Below, one piece after another: positions 27,546 through 39,773 of a DNA stretch of 64,000 bases; position 1 is the first letter of the stretch; each line of letters opens with the position of its first letter. The notes under the pieces are model-generated. The model was not told the origin of the DNA. It made no database searches and worked only from the letters and a program-made list of their open reading frames with translations. The translations under genes were made by a program, and so were the position numbers. This DNA is from an uncultured bacterium (GTDB lineage: Bacteria; Bacillota_I; Bacilli_A; RF39; UBA660), in the NCBI GenBank assembly GCA_949285875.1, contig CASDZZ010000011.1, positions 2,289 through 66,288 on the forward strand, written 5' to 3'.

Positions 27546-27642
27546 ATTTATAATTATTATTCTTAAAAATAATATATTTTATCAAGAAAAATATTAACAA
27601 ATTTAAAATTATTTGTTATACTCATATTGTAAGAGGTGCAAA

Positions 27643-27717
27643 ATGAAGAATTTAAGTTTATCAAAATTAAAAGTTGTTAAAGTTTCTTCTTTATGTGTTT
27701 CTTCATATATTTTTTAA
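27643..27717 (+). CDS. 24-aa leader peptide candidate upstream of prs
   Basis: AAGAGGTG lies 4 nt before ATG 27643. Sequence MKNLSLSKLKVVKVSSLCVSSYIF. Immediately followed by a terminator. Confidence 0.35.
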   Translation: MKNLSLSKLKVVKVSSLCVSSYIF

Positions 27718-27720
27718 TCA

Positions 27721-27749
27721 AAAAACTAACATTGTTATGTTAGTTTTTT
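27721..27749 (+). terminator. leader terminator / attenuator upstream of prs
   Basis: aaaaactaacat-tgtt-atgttagttttt, 20 nt before the prs start. Confidence 0.6.
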
Positions 27750-27768
27750 ATGTTTTTTGGAGGTAGAA

Positions 27769-28872
27769 ATGAGCGGTAAATATGAAAATCAATTAGGTCT
27801 TATAGTACTTAATAATTGTAAAGAATTTGGTGATAAAATTGATGCTGATATAGCAAAAAAAAGGGATGGTAAGTCTTTTATTATTCCCATAGAAACACCT
27901 AGGTTTGGTAATGGTGAGGGAAAAGGATTAATAATTGATACGGTAAGAGATAAAGATTTATATATAATATCTGATGTTGGAAATCATAGTGAAACTTACA
28001 AGATGTATGGTTATGTTAACCATAAAAGTCCAGATGATCATTTTCAGGATTTAAAAAGAGTAATTTCTGCAGTAAGAGGGCAAGCTGAAAGAATGACAGT
28101 TGTGATGCCTTTATTATATGAATCAAGGCAACATAGAAGAAAAGGTCGTGAATCGCTTGATTGTGCATTAGCTCTTCAAGAATTACAAGCTCTTGGTGTT
28201 AAGACGGTTGTAACTTTTGATGTTCACGATCCTAATATTCAAAATGCTGTTCCAACTAATATGTCTTTTGAAAATTTTTATCCTACTAATACAATTCTTG
28301 AAGATTTTATAAAACAAGAACAGTTTGACCCTAGTGAAATAGTATTTATTAGTCCTGATACTGGAGCAGTGGATAGAGCAAGGTATTATGCTAATATGTT
28401 TCAAGCCGATGTTGGTATGTTTCATAAGAGGAGAGATTTAACTAAAATAGTTAATGGTAAAAATCCTATTGTTGCTCATGAATATTTAGGTAGAGATTTA
28501 AAAGGAAAAACTGCTGTAGTTGTTGATGATATTATTGCTTCTGGAGGATCAATGTTAGAAGTTGCCGAATCTCTTAAAGAAAAGGGAACAAAAAAAGTTT
28601 ATTTAATAGCTACTTTCTCACTATTTACTGAAGGGTTAGAGAATTTTAATAAAGCTTATGAAAATGGACTTTTCGATAAACTTTATTCAACTAATTTAAC
28701 TTATGTGGATGCTGAAGCAGAAAGAAAAGAGTGGTATAATAAAGTTGATTGTTCAGGTTATGCTTCTGATATAATTGATACTTTGAATAGGAGCGGATCT
28801 ATATCAGAATTAAAAAATGGCAAACAAAAGATATTAAATATGTTAGATCAGAAGAGAAAAGGGAAAATTTAA
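27769..28872 (+). CDS. prs: ribose-phosphate pyrophosphokinase (long form)
   Basis: ATG 27769 lies behind GGAGGT. PRPP-binding loop VVVDDIIASGGSM, RQHRRKGRES, FDVHDP. Confidence 0.75.
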   Translation: MSGKYENQLGLIVLNNCKEFGDKIDADIAKKRDGKSFIIPIETPRFGNGEGKGLIIDTVRDKDLYIISDVGNHSETYKMYGYVNHKSPDDHFQDLKRVISAVRGQAERMTVVMPLLYESRQHRRKGRESLDCALALQELQALGVKTVVTFDVHDPNIQNAVPTNMSFENFYPTNTILEDFIKQEQFDPSEIVFISPDTGAVDRARYYANMFQADVGMFHKRRDLTKIVNGKNPIVAHEYLGRDLKGKTAVVVDDIIASGGSMLEVAESLKEKGTKKVYLIATFSLFTEGLENFNKAYENGLFDKLYSTNLTYVDAEAERKEWYNKVDCSGYASDIIDTLNRSGSISELKNGKQKILNMLDQKRKGKI

Positions 28873-28928
28873 CTATAAATTTTCTTTTTTTTGTAGTATA
28901 ATATTTCCATGTAAGGAGGAAATTTTAT

Positions 28929-29519
28929 ATGACTAATATATTATTAATTGTAATAGCTGTAATGGTTCTAATTACTATGGTATGTTCTATTATAACTACT
29001 ATAATAATGACAAAAGAAACAAAATCAGAAAAGATTGTAACTAAAGTTTTAAAGATAGTAGGTATTATATTAGGTATTGTTTTAATACTAGGAATAGCTA
29101 TAGGTGTTTCTTATATTAAAGGAGATAACGGTTCTAAAGAAGAAACAGAAACGGTTACTTTAGAAACAGCAGGTTTTAATGAAGTTACTTTAGATGAATA
29201 TTTAAATTTAATTAAAGGAACAGAAAAAAGTATAATATTAGTAGCAAGACCTACTTGTGGTTTTTGTGAACAGTTTACGCCTATTTTAAAGCAAGCTATG
29301 GATGAGATGAATTTAACTATTAATTATATTGATACTGATAAATTTGATCAAGATGAATATACTACTTTCAATAATTCTTTAGATTATTTAAAAAATAACC
29401 AATGGGGAACTCCATTAGTTCTTATTGTACAAAATAATCAAGTTGTTTCACAAAATGAGGGCTATGTAGAACTAGATACTATTAAAGATTTCTTTAAAAA
29501 TAATGGTTTTGGAGAATAG
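28929..29519 (+). CDS. membrane-anchored thioredoxin-fold protein
   Basis: Two N-terminal TM helices followed by ARPTCGFCEQF (CxxC). Confidence 0.75.
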   Translation: MTNILLIVIAVMVLITMVCSIITTIIMTKETKSEKIVTKVLKIVGIILGIVLILGIAIGVSYIKGDNGSKEETETVTLETAGFNEVTLDEYLNLIKGTEKSIILVARPTCGFCEQFTPILKQAMDEMNLTINYIDTDKFDQDEYTTFNNSLDYLKNNQWGTPLVLIVQNNQVVSQNEGYVELDTIKDFFKNNGFGE

Positions 29520-29523
29520 AAAT

Positions 29524-29964
29524 ATGAATTATAACGTATATGAAGGGTGCAAAGCATTCTTAAAAAAATATCCGATGACAATAGCGTGGAGAGTTAAAAA
29601 GCATGCAAGCGTCGTACAAGAACATTTAAATGATGATGAAGTTGTATTATACACTTTTACTGGTCAGAAAGATTCTTGTTGGTACATGCCTTTTTATACT
29701 GCCGTTGTAGTATTTACTAATAAAAGAATGCTAGTTGGTAAAAAGAGGTTTTTAGGAAGATATTTTTATACTTCTATAACTCCAGATATGTTAAATGACT
29801 TTGGTATAAAGGCAAGCATTGTTTTTGGTTCTGTTGAAATAGATACTGTTAAAGAGCATTTTACCATTGGATGTTTAGATAAAAGATCTTTACCTGATAT
29901 AGAAGATGCGGTTTCAAAGTATTTAGTTGATCAGAAAATAAAAACATTAAAAGGAGCTAAATAA
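29524..29964 (+). CDS. hypothetical protein (bacterial PH-domain-like)
   Basis: ORF 29503-29964; ATG 29524 lies behind GGAGA. No catalytic motif recognised. Confidence 0.5.
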   Translation: MNYNVYEGCKAFLKKYPMTIAWRVKKHASVVQEHLNDDEVVLYTFTGQKDSCWYMPFYTAVVVFTNKRMLVGKKRFLGRYFYTSITPDMLNDFGIKASIVFGSVEIDTVKEHFTIGCLDKRSLPDIEDAVSKYLVDQKIKTLKGAK

Positions 29965-30073
29965 AAAATTCTCTTAGGAGAATTTTTTTTGTTAACTATT
30001 TATATAAATTGAATAAAATATAAATGTAAATACTTGCTATTTTATTATAATTTATGATATAATCTTTTTGCAC

Positions 30074-30148
30074 GGGGCTATAGCCAAGCTGGTAAGGCAT
30101 TGGACTGCAACTCCACGATCGCCGGTTCAAATCCGGCTGGCCCCTCCA
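30074..30148 (+). tRNA. tRNA-Cys (anticodon GCA)
   Basis: Acceptor ggggcta/tggcccc, anticodon loop cuGCAac, discriminator U, encoded CCA. Confidence 0.85.
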
Positions 30149-30156
30149 AATTTTAT

Positions 30157-30231
30157 GCAGGTGTAGTACAACGGCTAGTACGCGGCCTTGCCAAGGCTGA
30201 GACGTGGGTTCGATTCCCATCACTTGCTCCA
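30157..30231 (+). tRNA. tRNA-Gly (anticodon GCC); its 3' end is the attL of the downstream island
   Basis: Acceptor gcaggtg/cacttgc (G4:U69 wobble), anticodon stem cggcc/ggctg with loop uuGCCaa, TPsiC gggttcgattccc, encoded CCA. Confidence 0.85.
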
Positions 30232-30342
30232 GTGACGTTTCTGTTCGAACTTTTACAGTTTGAACTTAACATATAATCAATCCGTTCGGGTTGATTTTTT
30301 TGTGTTTACAAAAGAATTAACTAGGAAAGGACGGTGTTAATT

Positions 30343-30618
30343 ATGATAAAGTTTACTACCCAAGAGTTAGAAATGGAAAAAAGTTTGAAACAACGTATTG
30401 AGTTTATTTGTGAGTTCTGCCACGTTACTCCTACCATTACTAATGGAAGTATCAAAAGAATTAACAATACAAACTTAAACTACATTGAGCCTCATAAAAT
30501 CGTTGTAAATAATACTACTTTTCTAGCCTTTAACTATTCTACTGATATTTATGTAGGTAATCTAAATAGAAAGATTAAACTCGTAGAATTAGAAGATTAT
30601 ATCAAGAATATGGCTTAA
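30343..30618 (+). CDS. hypothetical protein
   Basis: ORF 30334-30618 at the left end of the element; no motif recognised. Confidence 0.4.
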   Translation: MIKFTTQELEMEKSLKQRIEFICEFCHVTPTITNGSIKRINNTNLNYIEPHKIVVNNTTFLAFNYSTDIYVGNLNRKIKLVELEDYIKNMA

Positions 30619-30810
30619 TCATTATTATTTAAACGACAGATATTGACTTTTTCTCTTAAAAACTTTATTATATTAGGCAAAACAAGGGGTTATTTACCTG
30701 CCAAATCTTTTTAATGGGGGTTATTGATTTGGAAGTACACAATTTATTAATATCAAAGTTAAAGAGATAAAGGTAGTAGATATTTCTAGGACTTTTATCT
30801 CTTTTTTTAG

Positions 30811-32760
<1,950 letters not shown>

Positions 32761-33133
32761 GTTTACTTACTTGTGAAACCCTTGACTAGAAATAATAATA
32801 AAAAATGGAAAAAGTTTAAAACAAAAAAGTTTACTTTTCTTGTTTTAAACTTATCTATAATAAAGATTTTTTGCTAACTTTTTTCTAAAAAAAGTTATAA
32901 CAAACGTGGCACGTTTTGTTGAACTTGGTTCAATGAAAGTGGCGATAGTTTGTTAAAGAGACTTATGTAATTTTGTTTTATTGTGGTAGCTTTAAAACAA
33001 TATGGAATAAGTCTAAAAGGGTTCTAGGGAATATCCCTAGCCCACAGGTTATTTTGATGTTTGCGTCAAAATACCTAGGGGGTTAAATATTTTGTCAGGG
33101 CCAAAATATATCTATGAAAGGAGGCAAAAATAA

Positions 33134-34478
33134 ATGAGTACCTTATCTTATTCACTACATCTTGGTAGTGATAAAAACAGAAAACCGTCATCAAGAAATA
33201 TGGCTAAAAATAATGCTTCTGGCTCTACCTCATCAAGAGTTGATAAACATAATTACCGTAAATATGATAATAATACAGAACTAATTGAAATAATAAGAGG
33301 TACTTCTTCTCTTTATGATGATGTAAAAAAACTTTATGAAAAAGAATTTAAAGAAGCAGTAGATGAATATAATTCTAGACAAACAAGAGATGATAGAAAG
33401 ATTACTGATTATTTCAAAAAGATAAGTGATAATTCTAAAAATGACCTTGCTTGTGAAATTATCATTGAACTTGGAGATAAAAAATATTGGGATACGAAAG
33501 ATGATAAATTCAAACATAAAATGACTAATGTTTTTAAAGAACAAGTGCGATTTAGAGGAGCAACTACCAAACTTTAAAATAGCCAGTGCGATTATTCATT
33601 ATGATGAAACTAGTCCACATCTTCATATTGTTGGTGTACCAATAAAATATAAAAATAAAAATGGTATGAAAAAACAAGTTGGCAAAGGAGATGTTTTCAC
33701 AAGAGATAGCCTACGCAGATTGCAAGATAAAATGAGAACTCTATGTATTGCTAGTTTCAACAAAGAATATGGCTTAAATGACATTTTGAAAAAGAAAGAA
33801 AAAGGCAGAAACAAAGATATAAATGTCAAAGACATGGGAAATTATCAAGCCATGAAAGACCAAATGGAAAAAGATAAAAAAGCACTAGAAATAGCCAGTA
33901 AAAAATCTAGTGAACTTGATAAAAGCACCATAGATATTAAAGCTACTGTCAATAACCTTAAAAAAGCACCAATAGTTAAAAATACCTATACTATTTCTGA
34001 AAATGATAAAAATAAAATTTTAGAATATATTGATAAAGTAGATAAAACAAATGCTGATTTCAAACGAACTGAAAAACTATCAGTAACATTGAATAATGTT
34101 GATACTGAATTAGAAGAAAACAGAGAAAAAATTAAAATACTAACTGAAAACAATGAGGCATTATCTCTTAAAGTAGATACTCTATCTAAAAACATTGATA
34201 ATAAAAATAAAGAGATTAAAGAATTGAAAAAAGATAATAAACATCTTGAAGAACTAGTAAATCATTTTAAAGATTTATTTGATAGATTAATCAACTTTAT
34301 CAAACATAAAATACTTGGAAAAGACAAAGAGCGTGAAGATTACTGGGAATTTTCAAAAGACTTATACGAGCATGGAATATTTAGTGAAAAAACAATTACT
34401 GACATAAAAGAAGATTATAATTGGAGCAAAGAATATGATAAAAACAAAGATCATGATGACTTTGATTTAGAAATATAA
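33134..34478 (+). pseudogene. MobV (Mob/Pre) family relaxase, split by a frameshift near 33530-33575
   Basis: ORFs 33134-33577 and 33528-34478 overlap in different frames. The second carries the MobV motif IIHYDETSPHLHIVGVP. Long coiled-coil C-terminal region. Confidence 0.75.
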
Positions 34479-34580
34479 TTTTTTCAGCCAGTTAGGACTA
34501 CTCTAGTAGTTCTTTTTTTTGCAAGTAAAAAAGCAATCTGTACTAGCATTGCTTATTAGTTTGGTAATTACCTTTATAAT

Positions 34581-34928
34581 TTAATTTTCAATTTTAGCAA
34601 GTTTCATTAGTTCTTCTAACTCTTGACATTGTTCCATATACGAATTAAAAGCCATATCATGTTGTTTCTCTAATTTTTCTACTGTTTGCTCCCATTCTTT
34701 ATGTGTTTTTCTAAATATTTTAGGTGGTTCATTGTCTTTTAATTCATACAATTTCTCTAATAAAAAGGTGCTTTGTTTATCATAGTGTTCTGCAAGTGCT
34801 AGTGTACTATTTCGTAAGTTTATGAATAAATTAACATATAATCTCGCAATAACTTCATCATTATTTACATTTTCTTTTTTCTTCAAAATTATCCCCTTTC
34901 TATATAGCATATCTTTCAGTGATACCAC
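34581..34928 (-). CDS. hypothetical protein, divergent from the XRE gene
   Basis: 115-aa helical ORF; no motif recognised. Confidence 0.45.
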   Translation of the reverse strand: MVSLKDMLYRKGIILKKKENVNNDEVIARLYVNLFINLRNSTLALAEHYDKQSTFLLEKLYELKDNEPPKIFRKTHKEWEQTVEKLEKQHDMAFNSYMEQCQELEELMKLAKIEN

Positions 34929-34978
34929 TTCGTGTTTATTCTTTACTAAAAAGGGTAAACTAGAAATGGTGATGTGAG

Positions 34979-35233
34979 ATGAAAACTCAAAACATCCGTA
35001 AAGTGCTTGGTGTCAATGTTAAATATTATAGATTTCTAATTGGATATACCCAAGAACAACTTGCAGAAAAATGCGAATTAAGTCCTAGATATATTAGTGA
35101 TATAGAAAACTCTAAAGGTAATGTACCAATAGATACGCTCGAAAATATCGCCAAATATTTAAAAGTCGAGCCATATCTGTTAATTAAAGAACAAGGACAC
35201 CACACTTCACAGAAAAGAGTAAATATGAAATAA
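34979..35233 (+). CDS. XRE-family HTH transcriptional regulator
   Basis: YTQEQLAEKCELSPRYISDIENSKGNVPIDTLENIAKYL is a typical HTH_XRE. Confidence 0.8.
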   Translation: MKTQNIRKVLGVNVKYYRFLIGYTQEQLAEKCELSPRYISDIENSKGNVPIDTLENIAKYLKVEPYLLIKEQGHHTSQKRVNMK

Positions 35234-35366
35234 CTCTTTTTCTTTTGAAAAAATTTCATAACATATTACCCTAATACAGTATATCACAGATAAAGGAATT
35301 AGGCATGAAAGGTTGCTTATTTTTAAAACAATTTTCTCTATAATTTTTTACAGAGGAAGTGATAAC

Positions 35367-35603
35367 GTGGAACAATACCCTGACTTTAACGAAAACATCA
35401 AGTATGTTATTTGCCAGAACATTAAAAAATATAGACTCGAAAAAGGTATAAGAGTTATGGACTTGGCAGAAAAACTTGATTTATCAGTTAATCATTTAAA
35501 AAGAATTGAGTCGGCAAATGACCGTAATAATATATCACTTATGACCCTTTACAAAATATCTATAATACTTGGTGTTAGAATAGACAAGTTTTTTGAAGAA
35601 TAG
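35367..35603 (+). CDS. XRE-family HTH transcriptional regulator
   Basis: GTG 35367 lies behind GAGGAAGTG. IRVMDLAEKLDLSVNHLKRIES...TLYKISIILGV. Confidence 0.7.
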   Translation: MEQYPDFNENIKYVICQNIKKYRLEKGIRVMDLAEKLDLSVNHLKRIESANDRNNISLMTLYKISIILGVRIDKFFEE

Positions 35604-35685
35604 ATACAGAACTAATTTAGTTTCTGTTTTTTTATGGTATAATTATTTAAACAGAAGATAAATAGTAAGTTGTTGGAATGGAGGA

Positions 35686-36894
35686 ATGATTATGAAAAAA
35701 AGTCTAAAAATCACTTTAATTGTTATTGGAGTTTTGGTAGGAATAGTTGCAGTTGATACTTTACAGGCAAAGATATTTAATAATAGTCCCATATTGAAAG
35801 TAAGAGAAAATTTGAATGGTGGTAGAACAGCTTATATTGATAAGGGAGTATTTGTAAATCATTATTATTGTATTAATAAAGAAGAAAAAACATTGTTCAA
35901 AGGAGCAAAATATACTTGCCCTGAGTTAGAAGAAAATAAAGAGTCAACAAATGGTTTTGACAAAGAATTTTTACAATGTATAGAAAATGAGTTAGGTGGC
36001 TATCTTGTAACTGAAAAAGATAACTTAATAGAAATACCTTTAAGTGAAATCAAAAAAGATGATAATGAAAAAATTGAATATTATAAAGGAGTATATGCTA
36101 GTGAACATCCTGATAATATGTATGTAATAGTTTATCCTAAAAACGGGACTTATGAATCTAATATAATGAAAGGTTTTGATAAATATTTTTATGAAAATTT
36201 TTCTGTATATCAAACAAGTGAAAGTCCTTTTGGTCCTACAATTTATATTCACAATGCTAATAATGATGTTGATTTTAAAGATATCTTTAATAAATGTAAA
36301 ATTAATAGCAATTCTAATGATGGAAAATCAATGCCATCCAAAACTACAAACAAATTAAAAGATACTAAAAAAATAGTTATTAAAACTAATAATAAAGAAT
36401 TAGGAACAATAAGTAATGAAGATACATTAAATAAAATATTAAATACTATATCAAGTAGTAAACAATATGGAGATGCTTTTCTATGTGATGGTCATGGTTT
36501 TGATTTTGAAATGTATGATAAAAACAGCAAATTAATTGATACTATATATGTTTGGAGTGATGGTAATAGATTAATTCCAGCCAGTATAAGTGGTGAAGGA
36601 TGCTCTTATTATTCTATTTCAGATAACATTGATTTAAGAAAAATTATAGAAGATGAAACCGATTATATATTTTATAATATTTTAGATGTTAGAGATAATG
36701 ATAATCAAAAATTACAATTATTTTATAAAGATGATAAAAATAATTACTATTTAAAAAGTGAAAATACTAATGAAATATTAATTAAATTTATGCTAAACAA
36801 CCAAGTTATGACACTTAAATATGCTTTAGAAAATAACTATATTTCTGCTGAAAAAGTAGCTATTGACTACCCAAATATACTAATCAAAGAATAA
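35686..36894 (+). CDS. membrane-anchored or secreted protein of unknown function (element cargo)
   Basis: N-terminal signal anchor MKKSLKITLIVIGVLVGIVAV, followed by 380 aa without recognisable motifs. Confidence 0.6.
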   Translation: MIMKKSLKITLIVIGVLVGIVAVDTLQAKIFNNSPILKVRENLNGGRTAYIDKGVFVNHYYCINKEEKTLFKGAKYTCPELEENKESTNGFDKEFLQCIENELGGYLVTEKDNLIEIPLSEIKKDDNEKIEYYKGVYASEHPDNMYVIVYPKNGTYESNIMKGFDKYFYENFSVYQTSESPFGPTIYIHNANNDVDFKDIFNKCKINSNSNDGKSMPSKTTNKLKDTKKIVIKTNNKELGTISNEDTLNKILNTISSSKQYGDAFLCDGHGFDFEMYDKNSKLIDTIYVWSDGNRLIPASISGEGCSYYSISDNIDLRKIIEDETDYIFYNILDVRDNDNQKLQLFYKDDKNNYYLKSENTNEILIKFMLNNQVMTLKYALENNYISAEKVAIDYPNILIKE

Positions 36895-37036
36895 TTCAAA
36901 TTACAATTTATCAAAAAGATTATAAAAATTAAATAAAGCATATTCCATAAATAGCAAAAACATGATATATTATTAGTATCAACGGAAGATTATATGTACT
37001 CTTTCGTTATTGGAAAAGAGTTGTAAATAACTACGA

Positions 37037-37047
37037 CACTCGCTCCA
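37037..37047. repeat. attR: 10/11 copy of the tRNA-Gly 3' end (cactcgctcca)
   Basis: Matches 30221-30231 except T to C at the position pairing with G4 of the acceptor stem. Confidence 0.6.
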
Positions 37048-37057
37048 TTTGAATACA

Positions 37058-37095
37058 ACTTACGGACTGTAAAAAGTTCGTAAGTTTTTATTTTG
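37058..37095 (+). terminator. probable original terminator of the tRNA-Cys/Gly operon, displaced by the island
   Basis: acttacgga-ctgtaaaaag-ttcgtaagt followed by a T-run, 10 nt after the tRNA 3'-end repeat. Confidence 0.6.
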
Positions 37096-37259
37096 TGAAA
37101 TAACGTATTTTTTTATTAGTAAAAATAGTTTAGAAACTTGAATAATAATATATAAATAAGTATCTAAAAAAAGAAAAATTATAAAAGTAATTTTATTTTT
37201 AGCTAGTACTTGTTATGTATTTTTACACAAAGCTCATCATTATAGTTTGATATATTTTT

Positions 37260-38066
37260 TTATAAAATTTGCATTGATAATAATATTACACAAATGATTA
37301 CTCCTAATATCATTAGCCATTTCTTTTTAGAAATATTTTCTTTTAGTATAAAATAAGATCCTATAATTGTAATAATAATCGAGCTGGAATGAATAGGTTG
37401 TGCTAATGCTACCGGCCCATCTATTAAACAGAATCTAAATGTTAAATTAGCTACCAAGTCAAGCAAAATATAGAAAAACAATAAATATATTTTATTTATC
37501 TTTTTAAGATTAAGGTGATTCCAACTTCTTGTAAAAGCACAATACATCCCAACTATAATAATTCCTATAAAACTATAATAAAATGTCATAATAAGGGGAT
37601 TAATATATATATTTATATAGTATTTATTCAATAAAGATGATACTCCATTAAATAATACAAAAAGACATGCAAAAATAATGCCTTTTTTACTATTTTCATC
37701 ATTACTTATCTTATCTTCTTTTACTATGAGTATTGTTAAGATAATTAATATAATAGATATAATTAATTTTAAAATAGGTATTGATTCATGCAAAATAATA
37801 ATACCTAAAATTAAGGTTACTATTGTATTACATTTTCTTATAGGCATAATGGTAGATACACTTGCATACTTAACTGACAATATTCCGCATATGTAACCTA
37901 TCATTTGACAAATAGTAAGTGGTACAATTTTAACTAGATTATTTATATTAAAAGTTGATAAGATATCAGTAAACATTATAGAAAGTATTATATATGATAC
38001 ATTGCTTGCTATTAACCCAATTAAAGATATAGATTTGGCATTATTGTTTTCAGAACATATTTTCAT
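37260..38066 (-). CDS. DMT/EamA-like polytopic membrane transporter
   Basis: 268 aa, about 9-10 TM helices in two halves; weak family assignment. Confidence 0.5.
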   Translation of the reverse strand: MKICSENNNAKSISLIGLIASNVSYIILSIMFTDILSTFNINNLVKIVPLTICQMIGYICGILSVKYASVSTIMPIRKCNTIVTLILGIIILHESIPILKLIISIILIILTILIVKEDKISNDENSKKGIIFACLFVLFNGVSSLLNKYYINIYINPLIMTFYYSFIGIIIVGMYCAFTRSWNHLNLKKINKIYLLFFYILLDLVANLTFRFCLIDGPVALAQPIHSSSIIITIIGSYFILKENISKKKWLMILGVIICVILLSMQIL

Positions 38067-38234
38067 AAAAATTTAATAGTATTTCATATTTAATATTATA
38101 TATATAAAGTAAAACTTAAACTTAATCATTAATTGTTAATTTATATATATTGTAAACCTTATTTAAAGATATTGAACTTAACAAAAAAAGACACATATTT
38201 TGTGTCTATTTTTCTTTTGAAATACTAATATTTT

Positions 38235-39134
38235 TTATTTAAATGTTTCTTTAAATAATTTTCTAAACTTATCTAAATCCATATCTGTTGAAACTTTAAT
38301 GTTACTTTCTTCTGTTAATGTAACATGACATTCGGTGTTATTATTTTTGTTAGTAACAATTTTTATATTGCAAGGTTCAAATTTAACTATATCTTCATCT
38401 AATACGCAAGCTATTGTTACAGGATCTGGAGATCCTAGACCAATAACACCATATCTTTCTTCAAAGAAGTCAATATATTTTTGAGAAATTGCTCCAGCAA
38501 ATCTAGATACTAAATCCTCTGAATTTCTTAAATTTAAAACGTAATCTTTTTCTATAATAGATTTTACACCTAGTTCGTGGGTAACAATTTTTATATCCTC
38601 AAAAGGTGCTTCAAAAACAGTTCTAGCAGCTTCAGGATCAACATTTACATTGAACTCAATATAAGGTTCTTTAGCTTCAGGATCATAAGTTGCACCCATG
38701 ATTATTACATGCTTTATCATTTTTATTATTCTTTTATCTTTTTTTATTGCTGTTGCCAAATTTGTAAGAGGTCCTAAACAAATAACTGTTAAATTATCTT
38801 TATATTTTTTTGCGGATTTTATAATAAAATCTTCAGCTTTTGTTTTTTCAAATTTTCTTTTGCTATTGTCTGGAAACACTGCATAACCAAGCCCATCTTT
38901 ACCATGAGCATATTCCGCTGTTATATGGTCACATTTATTTTCTTTTGTACCATTGTACATTTTTATATTAGTTCCTAAGAAATCTTGTATTACCTTTATA
39001 TTTTTTTTAGATTTTACTAGGGGAATATTTCCGCTAGCTAAAGTAAATCCTATAATATCTAAATTATTTTTAACAGCTAGCATAATTGCAAAAGCATCAT
39101 CTATACCTGGATCAGAATCTATTAAATATTTCAT
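38235..39134 (-). CDS. nucleoside hydrolase (IUNH family)
   Basis: N-terminal DSDPGIDDAFAI (DxDxxxDD) signature; 299 aa. Confidence 0.85.
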   Translation of the reverse strand: MKYLIDSDPGIDDAFAIMLAVKNNLDIIGFTLASGNIPLVKSKKNIKVIQDFLGTNIKMYNGTKENKCDHITAEYAHGKDGLGYAVFPDNSKRKFEKTKAEDFIIKSAKKYKDNLTVICLGPLTNLATAIKKDKRIIKMIKHVIIMGATYDPEAKEPYIEFNVNVDPEAARTVFEAPFEDIKIVTHELGVKSIIEKDYVLNLRNSEDLVSRFAGAISQKYIDFFEERYGVIGLGSPDPVTIACVLDEDIVKFEPCNIKIVTNKNNNTECHVTLTEESNIKVSTDMDLDKFRKLFKETFK

Positions 39135-39280
39135 AAAATCCTCCTAACAGTTAAATATTATAATATATATTATTCTTTTTTTGAAATATTATTATTATAA
39201 TTTTACATTAAATTTGTAAAATTGCAATTTAGACAAATTCTTGTATATTTAAAAAGGCTTTAAATCATATAATTAAACAG

Positions 39281-39733
39281 GTGATAATTTTGAATGAAAA
39301 TAATTTGTATGCAGTAGCTAGCATAATTGGGGATATAACCGCTCCTAACCTCAAAGGAACTGCTTATTTTAAACCTTTTAGAGATGGGGTAATGGTAGAA
39401 CTTGAAGTAAGCGGGTTACCAGTTCGTAATAATTATGAATTATTTCCTGTATCTATTTATGATAGTAAAAATTGCGACATTTCTATTAGTGGTATTTTTA
39501 ATAATATCGGTAGTAGTTTTAACCCAAGTAGTAAAAAACATCCTTTGATGGAAGGTGATATGCCTTATTTATTTTCTAATAATGATTATGCTTATTTGAA
39601 ATTTTACACAACAAGGTTTAAAATTTATGATGTGATAGGTAAATTAATAGTTATTCACGAACCATTAAACGATTTTAATTCTAATATTTATGGACGAAAG
39701 ATAGGATGCGGTAAAATAGTTAAATTAACATAA
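39281..39733 (+). CDS. Cu/Zn-superoxide-dismutase-like protein lacking most metal-ligand histidines
   Basis: The SodC scaffold is recognisable (GTAYFKPFRDGVMVELEVSGLP, SSFNP, EGDMPYL, IVIHE, GRKIGCGKI), but HGFHIH is replaced by FPVSIY. Confidence 0.55.
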   Translation: MIILNENNLYAVASIIGDITAPNLKGTAYFKPFRDGVMVELEVSGLPVRNNYELFPVSIYDSKNCDISISGIFNNIGSSFNPSSKKHPLMEGDMPYLFSNNDYAYLKFYTTRFKIYDVIGKLIVIHEPLNDFNSNIYGRKIGCGKIVKLT

Positions 39734-39773
39734 AAAAGAATCTATTTTTTACAGACTTGAATTTAAGTTTGTT

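Noticed and set aside
29996-30223. 75-aa minus-strand ORF
   Set aside because: It is antisense to tRNA-Cys and tRNA-Gly, the same artefact as above.
33528-33577. Programmed ribosomal frameshift in the MobV gene
   Set aside because: I saw no recognisable slippery heptamer plus downstream structure. A mutation or homopolymer sequencing error is the simpler explanation, so it is reported as a pseudogene pending read-level checks.
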